DNA of 64,000 nucleotides from the NCBI GenBank assembly GCA_002633005.1, contig NMRA01000038.1:1285961-1349960 (forward strand). Direction: 5' to 3'. The position numbers and the translations under genes are program-made. The stretch comes from Phoronis australis (taxonomy: Eukaryota; Animalia; Phoronida). The notes beneath the pieces were generated by a model. The model was given only the letters and a program-made list of their open reading frames with translations, made no database searches and was not told where the DNA came from. This document shows, in pieces, positions 24,301-36,968 of the stretch; within the stretch, counting starts at the first letter, position 1; each line of letters opens with the position of its first letter.

Positions 24301-27300
24301 CCTCCAGGCCTTTCGCCTTGGAAGCTGGTAACCACACCTGAAGTGACCAAGTGACACTGTTCAAACCAAGTCACTGTAGAGTGTGTTAGTCTATCAACAA
24401 AGGTACACGAGAAAGTACAAATACACTTAATACCACTATATGTTGGATACTTCAATACATTTCACCAGCGGCATTTTGAGACAAAATATTAAACCAAGAA
24501 GAACATTATGACAACATAAGGCCACAAAAGATGCATTCATATAATGAATTTTATATGAACTCAGTTTCTCAGCAGAGAAAGTTATTTTTACAACTATGAG
24601 TGTGACACCTTACTAAGACCTGTATGGTTCACTGGTTTATCCTACCTCCTGTGGGGGGCAGTACACAGACGGAGCACCAAAGCCAAATATAGCGCCCAGA
24701 CCAGCCACATCTGACCCGGATGGTTGACCCTGGTCCAGCTGAAAAGCACTTATACGGGTCAGGAGCTGCACATATAGAGGAACATGCAAAATGACGCACT
24801 GCAACTCAGAGCAAAATGATGCAATGAAACTAAATGCAAAATGCGGTAAACATTTGACATGGCCAACCATAGACATCTTAGTCTATATGGCGAACGGTGA
24901 TCAAAAGCAGTTTGGAACATAATTTTTTTTCTTATTCATGACATACCTAACAATTTCTGTAAACACTATGAAGACAAGATTCAATCTTCCTACTCAAACC
25001 AGAGAGGAAGCCGTTTTTAATGCAAAACAAACAAGAAAACACAAACCAAATTGTCCAAGCCTTCTCCTAGTAAGTCAAAGCCTCCTGAAGGTGGCATTGC
25101 TGACATCTGTGGTGCCTGTTGCATCATGGGAGGCCCGCCAATGTCCATACTGAGTAGATCGCCGATCAATGAGTCCTGCCCTGGAATGACCGTGGGCTGT
25201 ACGGTCGGTGCAGCTGCAGTCGGTTCTTGGACGGCTGCTCCAGCATCGCTCACCTGACTGTTGGCAGCAAAACAAATGTGTAAGTTTCAAAACACATTCA
25301 AGCAGTCACCGTTCACAATTGGTATACAATTTGGAAAAATTAAGGAGTTCTAAACCAGTGCTTCGGAATCAATCAATCGCAATATTGACCACTACTATTG
25401 TAATATACCTGTAATACCTGTAATACCTGTCACGGACAGGATCATTGGGGATATGCTGGTGCATTAATCCCCTCCCCAGACCATCCCCGTGACAGCAGAA
25501 GGCGCAGAACTCCAGGGCTGACGTTGCCTGTAAGCATTTTATTCGACAGCACTCGGGCACGGCTCTTCTTGTGACTCTTCGCAGCATGGCCATAAATAAT
25601 ACCGGCTTCGAGCAGGCGGCTGCCATCATTGAACTCAGCCAGTTGGGATGCAGTCTAATCGAGGTTGCATTTGCGGGCCAGCAGCTTAACGTCAGCCGAA
25701 TATAACTACTATTGTAGTGGTCAATATAGACTCAACCTTAGTCACTATCACATTTTAGAGTCTGAAAACTAACGTAGTGACCTCGGTGAAAATCAATAAT
25801 CAATAAATACCTCAACCTTTCATTGGTCAATTCGCTGGACTAACAGACACACTGAAGATATTGTGAAATGCAGGGTGTTTAAGTCCCATTTAACAAAGAA
25901 GCAAGCTATCAGTAGGTCTGATTCCTACTATTTTTCCACTGTAGCTAGAGCTAGGAATCATTACACAATCAATTTTCAAAAAACTGTCGATGACTTCATG
26001 CTGATATTGCTTGCACTAACATTCCAAACTGAAGTAAGATTTTAAGTTGAAACACAGTACACTCACCCGCCGGGCCCCCTGGCAGGCAGTGCTCGTCTGG
26101 ACGCCGAGACACCCGCACGGCCTTCGACGAACGCTGATGGCGGCTTGTGGTAGACTGAAGCGAGACTGGAGATGTGACAGATGAGCTCATCCAACAGCGT
26201 GGGTTCTATCAAGTCTGTCTCCTCTGAGATTAGTGGTTTCTCAGCCAGGACCACGTCTTTGGCGGCTGCCGGGTCAGTAGAGAGCAGGCGCCAATAGATG
26301 TAGCCACGGTCACGCAGGTCGGGGTTGTCACTGTCCTGTGAACAAAAGAAGGGCGTCGTATGGTGATGAGTAATTCACCAATGCGTGACACTCAACCCAG
26401 TTTTAATTGCAAAATTTAGTTTATTTAACTAATTAAAATGACACAAGGAGTGTGGAAGGTAAGAACACAGACGGCAAACATTATTTGAATCACATAAGTC
26501 TGCGACTTTTATTATCACTGACTCCATCAGAACATGTTTCAATACCTGTAATAATACAATAATCACCACCCTGAATTCAAAATTGATGTGGCTACATTTT
26601 ATCATCATCAGGTCTAAACACTTCTGAGGATGTTGGATGACAAATAACGTATCAACTTGGTAGTGATGCAGTCGTACACAAAGAATAATTAGACCGATGC
26701 TATTGATCAAGCCAGTACAGCATTCATATAGCCTTCATGTCCTACCTGAGTAGCAAGACTGAGCACCTGCTGCACCAGTTCCTGTGTGTCGTTGGGTCGT
26801 TTGAGAAACAGTTTAACTATGGCAGTCAACATCTGAAGCTGGACTTGAGTGTTCTCATCCTGGAAGCCTTCGATGAAACTATGGAAGATGGAAAAATGGA
26901 CTCCGTTCACATACTATCGTAACCGTAACGTCATATTGCCTGTTCACAATCAAATATTGCTTTGATGGATACTAATTAGTAACACAAGCTTTAAAGCAGC
27001 TATAAGTCACGCCCTCTGGTGTAAACAAAATTACGTAACAGGTGTTTTTGCTCTTCCAATGTAACATCATCACGTTCTTATCCTTTGTTTGAATTGAACG
27101 TTATAGGAATAGAAAGCAAGAAATTCCCTTAACGGCCATACTACTCTGGCAGATGAAACCAACCAACACATTATCATAAGCAAATGTTATGAGCTTAGCG
27201 CGGTGCAATAACGAAGTGTGCGTTATTATCTGACCAATTTCAAATCCGAGTAAGAAACAACACGACGCTGGATTTACAATCGTTGCTGGCCTAAATTAAA

Positions 27301-30300
27301 AGCCGTTTTTTGATGAATGTTGTACGCATATTACAGCTTCAAGTGACCACATGGCTGCTAGCGACAATGTCTTGCTTGACCGTACCTTTCTAAAAGTTCA
27401 TCAGCGTTGTCGATGCGCTCAGCGTACTCGCCGATGATCCAGATCATGGAGGCGCGAGCTTCGGGCTCATCTAGGGAGTCCAGGTTCTCACACAGCGTTC
27501 CAATGATACTCTCGTACTTGTTGGGATATTTGCGGAAGATGTCCTGTTTTAACACGACAACAGAAGGTATTACCTCCTACCCAACGTATTGGCACGTTAC
27601 AAGGTGGACAGGAAAAATGTAACGAGCGATGTTATGCGGAAAAAGACAACGCGTAAACTAAAATCCAAATATATTCCAGAAATTATTATGAAGTTAAACC
27701 CAATCGTTTTAAGTAACTACAGTTCAGTCCAGTAGTAGCGTTAGTAACAACGTGAAAGTTTTTTGATGTCCTCTCGCTTGTAAGATACCACCAGCAATGA
27801 ACTATTGAATGACACATTTGCCTATCATTGCATTACTTAATAAAATTTACACGCAGGGCCAGGAATGACCAATGACAAAAAGAGGAAAAATTTCCAGGTG
27901 ATGTATCGTTGCACTAACAGGCTTGAGTGATTGAAATATTTCTTGAACTGTAAAATTTAACTGAAAAAACGTTTTTGCTTGTCAAAATAATGATAAAAAG
28001 AGACGAAAAAATAAACTGGAAATCAAATAAGAAGAAATCGAAACCAAAAAAAAAATTGAGAAAACCTTCTTAAAAGAAGAAAATTCCAAGACAAGCCCTG
28101 TATTTGACAAGGACATTATCCTGCTATTCAATTGATGCACAGGCCACACCCTTTCCACCCAATACCTTAATGACAACGATGGCCTCCTGAACCACGTAGT
28201 TGACCTTGGTCTGTATGAGGTCAAGTAGCGTGCTGACACACCTCTCGGCCGCCGCCTCCACCTTGATGGCACACCGGCCGATGGCACGTACCGACTTGCG
28301 AACAAAGTCCACGTCCACTTCTGTAGCATATCTAGAAATGGGAGTATGCGGGGTCAGCGCTAGTGTTCACAAATAATAGAAACCACATAAATTTGCTGCT
28401 AAATGACCTCCGAGATGAAGTGTCCGGAGCACATTACAGAAGACAGACATTAAAATGCTTGTTGGACTGTACGCAGGCCTAGTGATTTATTCAAAATAGC
28501 CATAAGGAACCGTGTGAACCCATAATGCAAATTCTAGCATACCAAAGACCTCATGCTATTTACCAACACAGCCAGGGACACTTACTCCTTCAACTCAGCC
28601 AAGACCTGTGCAATGTTGGCCTGATTCGTCAGCCGGATCATGATGTCGAGTTTTTCCAGCTTCACATAGATGGGGTCATTGTACTTGACAAAGAATACCT
28701 TCATCTCGTGCTTCAGAATGTCCGGCCTATGAACAAATGTCCAAAGATATTAGTTGGGTATCAAATACTGAAGCAGAGCAGGAAGTTTAACAAAACAGTC
28801 AATGCTCTCGAACAAAGTCAAGTCAAGTAAACAACAGCATCTTCTCTGCGTGATCCGAAACGCATTTACTAACGCTAGCTATTTGCAAGTCATGGTGATG
28901 GCACGCTCCATTTTTAATGAACGGCAATATCCGGAGATTTACATCTCACTGAGCTAACAGGAAAATAGCCTAAATTCTTGTCATTCTGATCACCACAAAC
29001 TGTGGCTGTACTGAGAAATTTAACAATCCACAAACAGGAGAGTTCAACAGCTGTACCTTTTCTGTACAATCAGGTTGATGTTCCTCAGTGCCACATACTG
29101 TAGCTCCGCCTCTGCGGACAACAGCGTGACCAGAGGGGGCGCTAGCTTCTTGATGAGGCTGGCTACAAAGTCGCTGGTCTGGTCGAGGACCTCCATCAGC
29201 TTCATGACGACCTTGACCGCTGACAAAACCACAGCAGCATTGGCGTGCGCAAGGCGAGGCGTCACCCGCTCAATTATGCTGGTACAGAAAAAAATATTTT
29301 TTATCTTTCAATCTAAGTGACAAAACACTCAGTTGCGGATGGAACACATGAATGCAATTTAGATAATGCTAAGTACATTAATAAAGATTGCACTTTGTCA
29401 CTATAATACCTACTATTCCTACAGTGAATTTGTAACAAAGACTGTGCTCAGCTGTCCGTTGATGTTCAAAGCCAGGTCTATATCACAGTCACCACATGAT
29501 GCTTCTACAGCTTTAACTTTTTCACCACCAGATGTCACTTGACAAAGCACTTTATCACAAATATATCATACTGCCACTACACCAATACAAGGGATAAGAT
29601 GGGAGTCTTAGTTTTCAATCACAACCCATAAAACAGAATGGGAGATTTTTAGAAAGCAAAGGGGCTGATCACGTGGGGCTGGTGGCTCTCTCACCAGCAC
29701 TTAACTGTATCGGGAGGTACATCTTTTGCAGTGGTGGCACGTTTGACTTTGCGAGAAGACCCTTTAAGTGTTCGTGATTAGGTGATGCATTTAAAACAAA
29801 AGTAAAATGGCCTCCTCATTCTCCAGGCGTCACTAAAATTCAGTCCCGTGTAATCCGTCTCTCATTGTCCCTTACCTCTGTGCTTCTCGGTCCTCTTTGG
29901 GATTGTAGTTGGCAATAGCATCCAGAATGAACACCTGGCCCCACCTGTAGTTGAATGTAGGTAACAAGAATAATTTCTACTTGACATGTGCATGTTTCAG
30001 AACTGAACCAAAGTGAGCAGAAGCAAGAAACTTACAGTAAGCCTATCTGTGACTAACAATTCCTTCTGATACAACAGGTTAAATAGTTTTCCAAATAAAC
30101 TAGAAAGACTTCAACAGAACTCTACTAAACCTGGATAAACGTCTTGCTAGAATTACTTAGCTGGCTACTGAGTCGAAATTTTATAGCAATAAAATAGTGT
30201 TTTGTGAAACTTTTATAGGAGCTTAATAGTTTATGCAATGGACTTGTGTAGTAAGTTGTCAGATGTTCTAGTAATAGTTTAAACAATGGACTTATGCAGT

Positions 30301-33300
30301 AAGTTGTCGAGATTTCAACATGGATAAAGCAACAGTCACAACATTTTGTAGAGATTTAGCGGGAGCTGAAATGGATTAAATGAATATTTAGACGCAGTTT
30401 AGTGCCGCGAAATCTTATTGAGTTCTGACGTCCAGTTTTATTTTTATATAGATCTACGGCATCTGTTCACAACGGTAAAGCCACATTCATTATTTTGTTT
30501 GCAGTGTTCCTTAGTAAAGTTTACTTGTGATAAAACAATAAACTATGACAACTGCTGTAATAAGGTATTGTATTTATGTATTAACTTAAACTTGTTTGAA
30601 ATTGATACACAAAAGTTACAAAATAAAAAACATTACTGAAAAACCTTAAAACTAAGTAATGTCACTGATTCAGTTCAAGATCCTGTCATACATTAGACAA
30701 CTGTCCGTACAAGCCTAAGCCTAGCAGTGCTAAAGACACTTACTCTGTGCACTCATTAAGAGCAGTCAATAGCTTATTGATGGCCTGAGAGTTCATCTCC
30801 AACACCTGGCTAGCGTTAGGCGACACCTCTAGGATCTCAGAGATGGCCGCAACAGTGTTGGCCACCACCTAGACGAAAGAAAAGAAAACAACTGTATAGA
30901 GGAGCTAAATTTGTTTAAACTTTTCTAAAATTTGCTTAACAAAACTACACGTCACAGTACTGTACATAAAGAAGTGAGACATTAATGACGCTGATATATT
31001 CCTCTAATAAATCTTCTTAAAAAAGCACAGGAAAAAGGGTATTTACATACCTTCACTCAAGGACAGATGAAACAATTTGCAGAAATGACTTCTGACAAAC
31101 ATCCCAACTTGTGTAAAATCAATCATACACCCATTCAAAACACCAAGTCACTATACAAAATATACACGGTCACCTACCAAAACACCAAGTCACTATACAA
31201 AATTTACACGGTCACCTACCAAAACACCAAGTCACTATACAAAATATACACGGTCACCTACCAAAACACCAAGTCACTATACAAAATATACACGGTCACC
31301 TACCATAGGATTGGAGTCTGACAACAGATCCTTAAGCAGATCAAGGAAACCCTGGTCCTCCACCAACTGGGCATTGATGTCATGCAGCTTGGCCACAGAG
31401 ACAGCAGCTGTCTTACGCACGTAGGGGTCCTCATCCTTCAGACACTTACGAAGTGGTTCACACAGGTACTCAGTGATCTTGTCCACACGGATACAGCCCA
31501 TAGTACGCACAGCTAGCGCGCGAATCATGGGGTTGGCGTCCTCACAGTCCTAAAGGCAACGGGCCACATGAATAAGAGGGAGGTTATATGGCTGTTATAG
31601 GAAATGGGGTGGGGGACTAGGATCAGAATGGCCGAGTAGTCACGACTGGATCCTTTTTGCTCTTGCAGTACGAGGGAAATGACTCAATGAGGGCGATACA
31701 GGAAAAGAGAGGTTACATTCTACCATGATTAATTTTGGACCCTTAATCTGACAGGCAAGCATAAACCAAACACAGTGTGTTACAGAAAGATGATTCCACC
31801 AACTTCACATGGAAATGATGCGTATTTTAATAATTGTGACTGGGGCTAAGTAGCTCGAGTTTACAACATCAGTCAAGATGATACAAACATAGAGCAACAG
31901 CCAGCATGAGTGTGCGGGTTAGCTGAACCAAAGGTAAGTTGGCTAAGAGAAGCCCAACATTGAGACAGGGCAGCATGCAAGGCCTTTTTTGTGCACAACA
32001 CAGCCTGCGGACACTTTATTTCAGATTATTGCCACTGTGAAAGTCTTCGCGATGACGATGCAACATCGTTCAGTTGAAATGTAAGTCCAGTATTAGTTAC
32101 AATCTTCTTTGCTGATATCTATCAAGTGGGTGTCTAATATTCACCAACACAATCCATAGCAGTGTAGTTACCTTGACAAAAGTGTTGACGGCCATAATGG
32201 CCATGTCAGGCTGGCTCTTGGCATAGTTCATGAGGTAGAGGTAGACAAGCTTCTTCAGTTCAAGGTTGTCCGTCTGCATGCAGTTGACCACGTCAGGAAA
32301 CAGAGCACTGCAATAGATACGTGTGGTTTACTTCAAAGACTTTACACAATCTCACGATCACCAGCACTGTTTAAATAGAAGTGAGCACAGTGTCTTTTAC
32401 TGCACAATACTATGTAATGTTATTAATTTAAGAACCCCCCTACATGTTGAGAGACAACAGGCTTGGGTAAGACACAAGGGAAAATTACAGAAACATTACG
32501 CCAAGTTATAGCCAACATTTACACGTGTCACACGACCACAATTGACCTATCGCAAGCTCCGCCCCCTTGCGAAATGTCAACAAACAAACAATAAGATTTA
32601 CCCGGCAATGTGTTGTTTGTCACTCAAAATCCTGGTGATAGGTCAATTAAACACATGGACTTCAATGCAATCACAACGCAAGGTGGGCTCTCATACAAAA
32701 GGTCGTAGGTTCAATTCCTAACTACTAGTTAAGAGCTTGGGTACTTCTGCAACACTTCAATTGCATTTCTGCAGCTGACTCAGCAGTACGTAATGAAAAC
32801 CATAGCTAGGAAGTAACCTGTTTTGAACCCTTACACCGTCGATAGGCAGTTACAACATTTTTCATCTGCACGTGCTACAGAGACAGGAGTTTGCAACCGG
32901 TCCAACCATGTCTGATGACTGACAAAGGATTTACTCCACTACAAACCTGACATCTTTGCCAACTGTCATAGACGCTATCACTTTCTTTACAGCCTCCTTT
33001 TTCTTCTCCTTCTTGTCACTATTGAGTTCAGTCTTGAGATCAAATATCTCACCTAAAACACAAGGAAGTGTCGTCAACTTTACAAACTAAGCTGTCATGT
33101 GTCGAACCAGGGCCACATTCACTAAAAATTAATTCATTTTTTGAGTCACACCAGGTCTCTAAAGCTTACACGGGACACTGCGCTGGCTTGTCAACCAAAA
33201 AAATACGTGATGATGGCACCTTCTTTTAATTGCATGCACTTTGAATCGCATGCAGTGGACTAATTAACAATATATCGTGCAACTTCAATCAAATGCAGTA

Positions 33301-34061
33301 AACTCATTAACACTAATCAACTGTTGATGACCTCTCATGACCTACGAGCTTCAGGTCGGAACCTACAACCACATGATGGGCATGCAGATTCTATTAAATT
33401 TCACTCGTTTGAGGAGATCTGAAGATCTAGGACACACCACACTAATTTGTCAGTTTTGATGTCATCACTTATCACAAATGTAAAAGAAAAGGTACTGGTC
33501 TAATTTGAACACCTTGAGATATTAGTACGACTGAAAGGCCACCTAAATTGCCACCTTTGCACTGATCGCTCTCCCAAGCTGTCAGGTACGAAATAGCAGC
33601 ACACCTTCAGATACAACAGGCAGGTCAACAGCCTCGCTGAGGAGTTTCACGTGTTAGCATCTGTCGTCTAAATACTTTATAGTTTACATCATATTTAAGT
33701 CATGCCAGGAAAGTACTACTGTTGTACCATGGGCTGCAATGCTGATTCAAGGAAGTGGCATTAGCTGGATAAATATCCAAAGATGAGGGATGTCACATTT
33801 CATCCCTTCCCAACAGTTCTGAAGAACAAAAGACGGCGAAGCCCGTCGTGTGCTCACCATTGTACAATCAACATAATCTTACCTCACGACCAAGAAGAGT
33901 GGAAGTATGGAATACCAGAATTGGCCTGGTTTGGTGAATTTATATACATGTTATGCTATTGACAAAATATCAACTAGTAATCATAAAACTCATCACACAT
34001 TCACCTACACCAACCTTCTCTTACCTTTCTTGGTGGTGGTAAAGTACTTTGAATCTGTCAT
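21398..34061 (-). CDS. AP1B1/AP2B1: Beta-adaptin, AP-1/AP-2 complex subunit beta (AP1B1/AP2B1 ortholog), 19 coding exons, ~930 aa
   Basis: Exons are 34061-34025, 33052-32947, 32307-32172, 31549-31304, 30868-30744, 29944-29876, 29278-29057, 28726-28586, 28331-28166, 27543-27386, 26878-26746, 26335-26067, 25257-25047, 24738-24646, 24337-24192, 23625-23496, 22996-22822, 21935-21781 and 21472-21398. All introns are GT-AG and the frame is continuous (2793 nt). The protein starts [16 protein letters not shown], has trunk motifs ([21 protein letters not shown]; [16 protein letters not shown]), a hinge with clathrin-box-like DLLSMD, and an ear domain ending AYDAILHS*. Confidence 0.97.
25382..25727. 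mobile_element. TIR-bounded MITE-like insertion with GC-rich interior in a beta-adaptin intron
   Basis: ATATTGACCACTACTATTGTA ... TACTATTGTAGTGGTCAATAT form ~20-bp imperfect TIRs with TA at the ends. A TAATACCTG triplet lies just inside the left TIR. Confidence 0.6.
31136..31303. repeat. 42-bp minisatellite x4 abutting the donor of beta-adaptin coding exon 4
   Basis: The unit CAAAACACCAAGTCACTATACAAAATATACACGGTCACCTAC starts at 31136, 31178, 31220 and 31262. Confidence 0.95.
32541..32647. mobile_element. Tiny MITE-like element
   Basis: Inverted ends ATTGACCTATC ... GATAGGTCAAT. Confidence 0.45.
32672..32936 (+). mobile_element. Degenerate tRNA-derived SINE
   Basis: A B-box-like GGTTCAATTCC at ~32708 follows a tRNA-like head. 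The 3' part GCTACAGAGACAGGAG...GGATTTACT resembles the L2-type tails of invertebrate core SINEs (recognised by pattern only). Confidence 0.45.
33702..33842 (+). pseudogene. THAP-domain remnant (probable DNA-transposase N-terminus), antisense in a beta-adaptin intron
   Basis: It translates as [45 protein letters not shown]. This fits the THAP pattern M..C..GC.N...FHxFP..RR but has an in-frame stop and is truncated. Confidence 0.6.
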
Positions 34062-34829
34062 CTTTCTTCACACACTCCAGAGCATCTGCAAAATATATTT
34101 AGGCAAACATGACAGAATTGAGAAATTTTAGTCAAAAGCTCTAGGTAGTGCAAGTAATTGTCACTATGTTTTGTGAAACTTTCAACAAAGGCTAAGTGAT
34201 CTAGCCTTGGTGCACAGTCATATAAATGTACAGCTTTACACCGATGTGAGCAAACAATGGCCAAAAAAATCTGACACAAAATTAATGTCCAGTTTAAAAT
34301 TTACACTGACTCTTCCTTGAGTAAACTAAATTAGTTGCTGGTGCTGAAAAAAAAGCTTCGCACACTATTCTCAAGTAAAAAAACTTGTAAGTGATAAGTG
34401 GCGTTGCCACCAGGCCAATTTCTTTTTTCCACTAACTCTTTAAAAGAATACCAAACCCAGTTTTGGCCTATTCACAGATACTAAGAACAACTCTCCTGTC
34501 AAGTTCTCTGAAACGAAATAATGCTCTGTAACCATGGAAAACTCTGAAAACTCCTGCTTTTAGTGAATTACACGGCAACTCTGGGAAACGACCACCCACC
34601 AAGGACCATACTGTCCAACTTCTGAGATAGGAAGTATAAGTTTTTAGTTGATTCCTGCCTTTATCTTTCAAGATTGACGCCACTGATGCATTAGCATGTG
34701 AAAGAACGACGATTGGTTGAAATCATCAAAACAGGGTTTAGTATCCTTTTAATCAACTGTTCTTCATCCACAAGTTCCACGTGGTTACATACATATAACA
34801 GTGAATTATCAAAATTGGTTTCAATATAC

Positions 34830-35120
34830 AGAAAAAATTGGCTATTTTTAACCACTTATGTGCCACCAGACATTATTTTGATACTGATGACGTCACTATT
34901 CTAGACTGTGAGGAAGATAGGTCCAAAAGGGGTGTCATAGAAGCTCTGCACAAGCGCCCCTCTCTGAATAAACAAGGTGGATGGAAGTTCAAACTGTTGT
35001 TAACACGGGATAGTGTCCTGATCTTGATGCTGTCGTCTGATTAAAATGCCACCTATTGGCCAGAATGATAGTAACACCACTAGCCAAGCTGAAGTCCGTG
35101 AGAGACGGATGCAATGCAGC
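34830..35120 (+). mobile_element. Penelope-like retroelement 3' remnant (GIY-YIG endonuclease C-terminus)
   Basis: ORF 34838-35044 (AIFNHLCATRHYFDTDDVTILDCEEDRSKRGVIEALHKRPSLNKQGG) matches the PLE endonuclease tail pattern A..H....H.F....V.ILD.E.....R...EA....P.LN..GG. Confidence 0.7.
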
Positions 35121-35506
35121 TAACTCAAGTAAGCAAATTCCAGAATTTAGTAATTTTTTTCTGTATATTTCTACCTCAACTGGATGTCTCAAAAAACTTT
35201 CATGCTTTTAATTGGTTTCACTTCATTATAGCTTTTAGATTATAATACCAATGAATTTCTGAGAAAATATTTTTTATGCAAACTGGTCATCAATATTGAA
35301 AAAAATTAGCGAATGACAGATACGCGTCTCATGAGCATACAGTCTTCAAGTTGATGACACACTTTTCTTTGTTAGAAAAGGCAAAACATTATGCAAGAAA
35401 ATATGTTATTAGTTGTTTTCCACTTTTAAACGTCCATAACGAGCAAGGCGAGTGTTGACTGACTCTCTGATTTTGCATGCACGTCCCTGTCGTTAACTCT
35501 TGATTA

Positions 35507-36043
35507 GACAGTGACCATAGTTTCTACTGGCTCCGCAGTAGTGACTGTGAAGCTCCTATAGGCGCCTCATATGCCAGATGATTTTCGGTGAATTATGCCT
35601 CACACTGACTAAAACATCAATGCTACGTTGTTATAAATACCTTTTGCGCATAGAGGGACTCCTTAGAAGATTGTCGATATATTTTAATTCCTTGCAACAC
35701 AAAGAAATATTCCTGTTATCAAACTTTTTTCTTCGAGCAGTCCCTCGTTCAGTTCCCAAAATTGGTAACTCACCATTTTTATGACGTCATACCACCTGGC
35801 ATGCACAGTGTTAAAAATGATGAGTTACCGATTTTAGATAACAGGAGTATTTGTTCAAGTTGGAAGGAATTATATACACCAATGGCCTTGTAAGGTGTCC
35901 TTTTGTGAGCAAAAGGTATTTATAACAACATTACTTTGATGTTTTAGTCAGTGCAAGACATAGTTTGGATAAAAGCTTCCGGCGCATGAAGCACCTATAG
36001 GAGCTCCACTGTCATACGTAGCTGTAGGATGGTGGTCACTGTC
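35507..36043. mobile_element. Foldback MITE (long ~250-bp imperfect TIRs), copy 1
   Basis: The ends are GACAGTGACCA ... TGGTCACTGTC. The arms share CTGACTAAAACATCAA / TTGATGTTTTAGTCAG and GTTATAAATACCTTTTGC / GCAAAAGGTATTTATAAC. Confidence 0.85.
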
Positions 36044-36619
36044 CACATGTTGATATAACTTTCATGAGATGACAAGCAAAACTGCCTGGGCAGTGTGAAG
36101 TTAAAAACACACCAGACCCAGGTGTGAATTGACGTTAGACATTAGTCTTAATACAAAAGGCTGGGAGGGTAGTAGTGAACAAGCAATTCAATATGTAAGA
36201 AAAAATAATAGGAAAACAAATATAGCGGACGGTTTCTGGATCAGAGCTCCAACTTCCGCCTTCCGATAACTTGCTTGAATGTAAACTAATGTCGGAAAGG
36301 ATTGGAAGGGGGCGTTAACCAAACACGGCACCAAAAATTAGTAAGACTGCACAGAAATGATTCGAACACCAGTTGTCAAAAATGTCGTGTTACACACCTT
36401 GATTTCAAATGTGAACCAGTACAGCTTCATAAATACCAACCGTACAAATTCCAGTCTCCAAATCTTTCAGAAATCAATTTCCGCCATATTGAATTGGGAT
36501 TAAAATACAGCGGAGTACGGTTGGCTTCATAGCTAATATCTTTACAACACTACAAAGCAGTATGAACTTTTTATATTAAAATGAGCCTCCCTCCTACATT
36601 TGAACTCCACAGAGCACAA

Positions 36620-36800
36620 ACATGCCTTACGCTTACCAAAATCTGACGATGTTGACGGATTTTGTAACAGACTTTACCGCCAGCCTAACACAGCCGGAAC
36701 CTTGACCTATTTAAAGTTGACCTATTTAGATATAAACATGGCCGTGTGTGAACTGTGACAAGAGAGGTAACTTTATGAACAGTGACAAGAGAGGTAACTT
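36620..36800. promoter_or_regulatory. Inferred shared bidirectional promoter of beta-adaptin and PEX12 with putative non-coding first exons
   Basis: Both ATG-bearing exons have splice acceptors upstream (34086 on minus, 38440 on plus), so both genes need an upstream non-coding exon. This region has a minus-strand donor TTTG/GTAAGC (~36636), plus-strand donors GAG/GTAACT (~36767, ~36794), CCGGAA (ETS-like), AAACATGGC (YY1-like) and two TGACCTATTTA motifs. Confidence 0.55.
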
Positions 36801-36968
36801 TATGTTGTCTTTTGTTCTGTTGTGAAACTTTTAATTCTTCTTCTAACAATTACACAAAGTCTGACGACATTAGTCTGATGTCGTTTTGTGACACAGTTGC
36901 TAAGTTATCGCCTCCAGTTCAGGCCCTCTGCGTGCCCGGTTGCATGGAACGCAGCAAGCCGCAAGGTA

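Noticed and set aside
31067-31321. Repetitive ORF ([14 protein letters not shown])n, or a CRISPR-like array
   Set aside because: It is a head-to-tail 42-bp minisatellite with no unique spacers, antisense to an intron. The context is eukaryotic with no cas genes.
32690-32730. tRNA gene
   Set aside because: Only a B-box/T-arm-like motif is present and no cloverleaf can be drawn, so it is treated as a SINE head.
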